From positions 520,347-584,346 of the forward strand of contig JAUNLW010000001.1 in NCBI GenBank assembly GCA_030532065.1: a stretch of 64,000 nucleotides of DNA. The letters are read 5' to 3'. Positions within the stretch are counted from its first letter, which is position 1; each line of letters begins with the position of its first letter. Made by a program: the position numbers and the translations under genes. The DNA is from Eubacteriales bacterium. GTDB lineage: Bacteria > Bacillota > Clostridia > Saccharofermentanales > DTU023. Positions 63,645-64,000 of this stretch are shown here, in pieces. Under the pieces are notes generated by a model. It saw only the letters and a list, made by a program, of their open reading frames with translations. It made no database searches and was not told the DNA's origin.

Positions 63645-64000
63645 TTACATCCCAGCTATGGCCATGATGCTTACGCTTTCATCACCACCAATTACCACAT
63701 GGTCCAGCAATCTGATCCCCAGCTGATCACCCAGCTCTTTCAATTGCCTGGTTGATTTGATATCCGCTCTGCTAGGTGAGGGATCACCACTGGGATGGTT
63801 ATGCACCAGGATCAGGGCCGCGGCATTGGACCTGATGGCTTCACGGAAAACATCTCTGGGATGAACAAAGGATTGATTCAGCCCGCCTACCGATAAAGCT
63901 ACCTGCCGTATCAACTTGCATTTACAGTCTAGAAGCAAGACGTGCAGTTCTTCCTGATCCAGATGGCTCATCTCCTCACCCAAGAGACTGAACACGTCCT
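63645..64000 (-). CDS. radC: RadC-like JAB-domain protein; the N-terminal part runs off the window end
   Basis: JAMM motif LILVHNHPSGDPSPSRADIKST and the C-terminus LLDHVVIG. The frame stays open to the window edge, so the GTG at 63995 in the ORF track is probably internal. Confidence 0.85.
   Translation of the reverse strand, partial: DVFSLLGEEMSHLDQEELHVLLLDCKCKLIRQVALSVGGLNQSFVHPRDVFREAIRSNAAALILVHNHPSGDPSPSRADIKSTRQLKELGDQLGIRLLDHVVIGGDESVSIMAIAGM

Noticed and set aside
1-64000. CRISPR arrays, IS elements, transposases, integrases, phage genes, toxin-antitoxin pairs
   Set aside because: Reading both strands and all intergenic regions, I found no spaced direct-repeat array, no terminal inverted repeats flanking an ORF, and no ORF with transposase, integrase or phage signatures.

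Overview
This 64-kb window looks like core chromosome from a Gram-positive, Clostridia-like Firmicute. That placement is inferred from gene content and synteny only. I count about 50 protein genes, roughly 85% on the minus strand, tightly packed and often translationally coupled, plus three singleton tRNAs (Glu-CTC, Lys-CTT, Thr-CGT). Nearly everything is housekeeping. DNA metabolism: topA, dprA, comM, polA, ligA, uvrA, hup, yhaO/yhaN-like, radC. Translation: queA, trmFO, valS, infC-rpmI-rplT, a TrmH-family methylase. Secretion and envelope: secA, mreC, mreD, PBP2. Central metabolism: pgi, tkt, kbl, nfnAB-like, ferritin, coaE. I found no CRISPR array, IS or transposon, integrase, prophage or recognisable defence island. 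I cannot point to a clear-cut novel multi-gene system. The best candidates for a second look are five. (1) An orphan operon of three unassignable membrane-anchored proteins with TadE/TadG-like pseudopilin N-termini (55576-58501), lying between an MBL hydrolase and secA. (2) A head-to-tail tandem Spo0A-box-like element (TGTCGAA-gct-TGTCGTA) directly upstream of that operon. (3) A receiver-less Spo0A C-terminal-domain regulator (12915-13586) whose own upstream region carries TGTCGAA/TCGAAAA motifs. (4) A methylglyoxal-synthase homologue that has lost the residues I remember as catalytic and is translationally coupled to the MBL hydrolase. (5) A SASA-type esterase-like gene with an altered catalytic motif, fused to the front of a valS-ligA operon that has no room for a T-box leader. 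All functional calls come from reading the translated ORFs and recalling family signatures. No database search was run.
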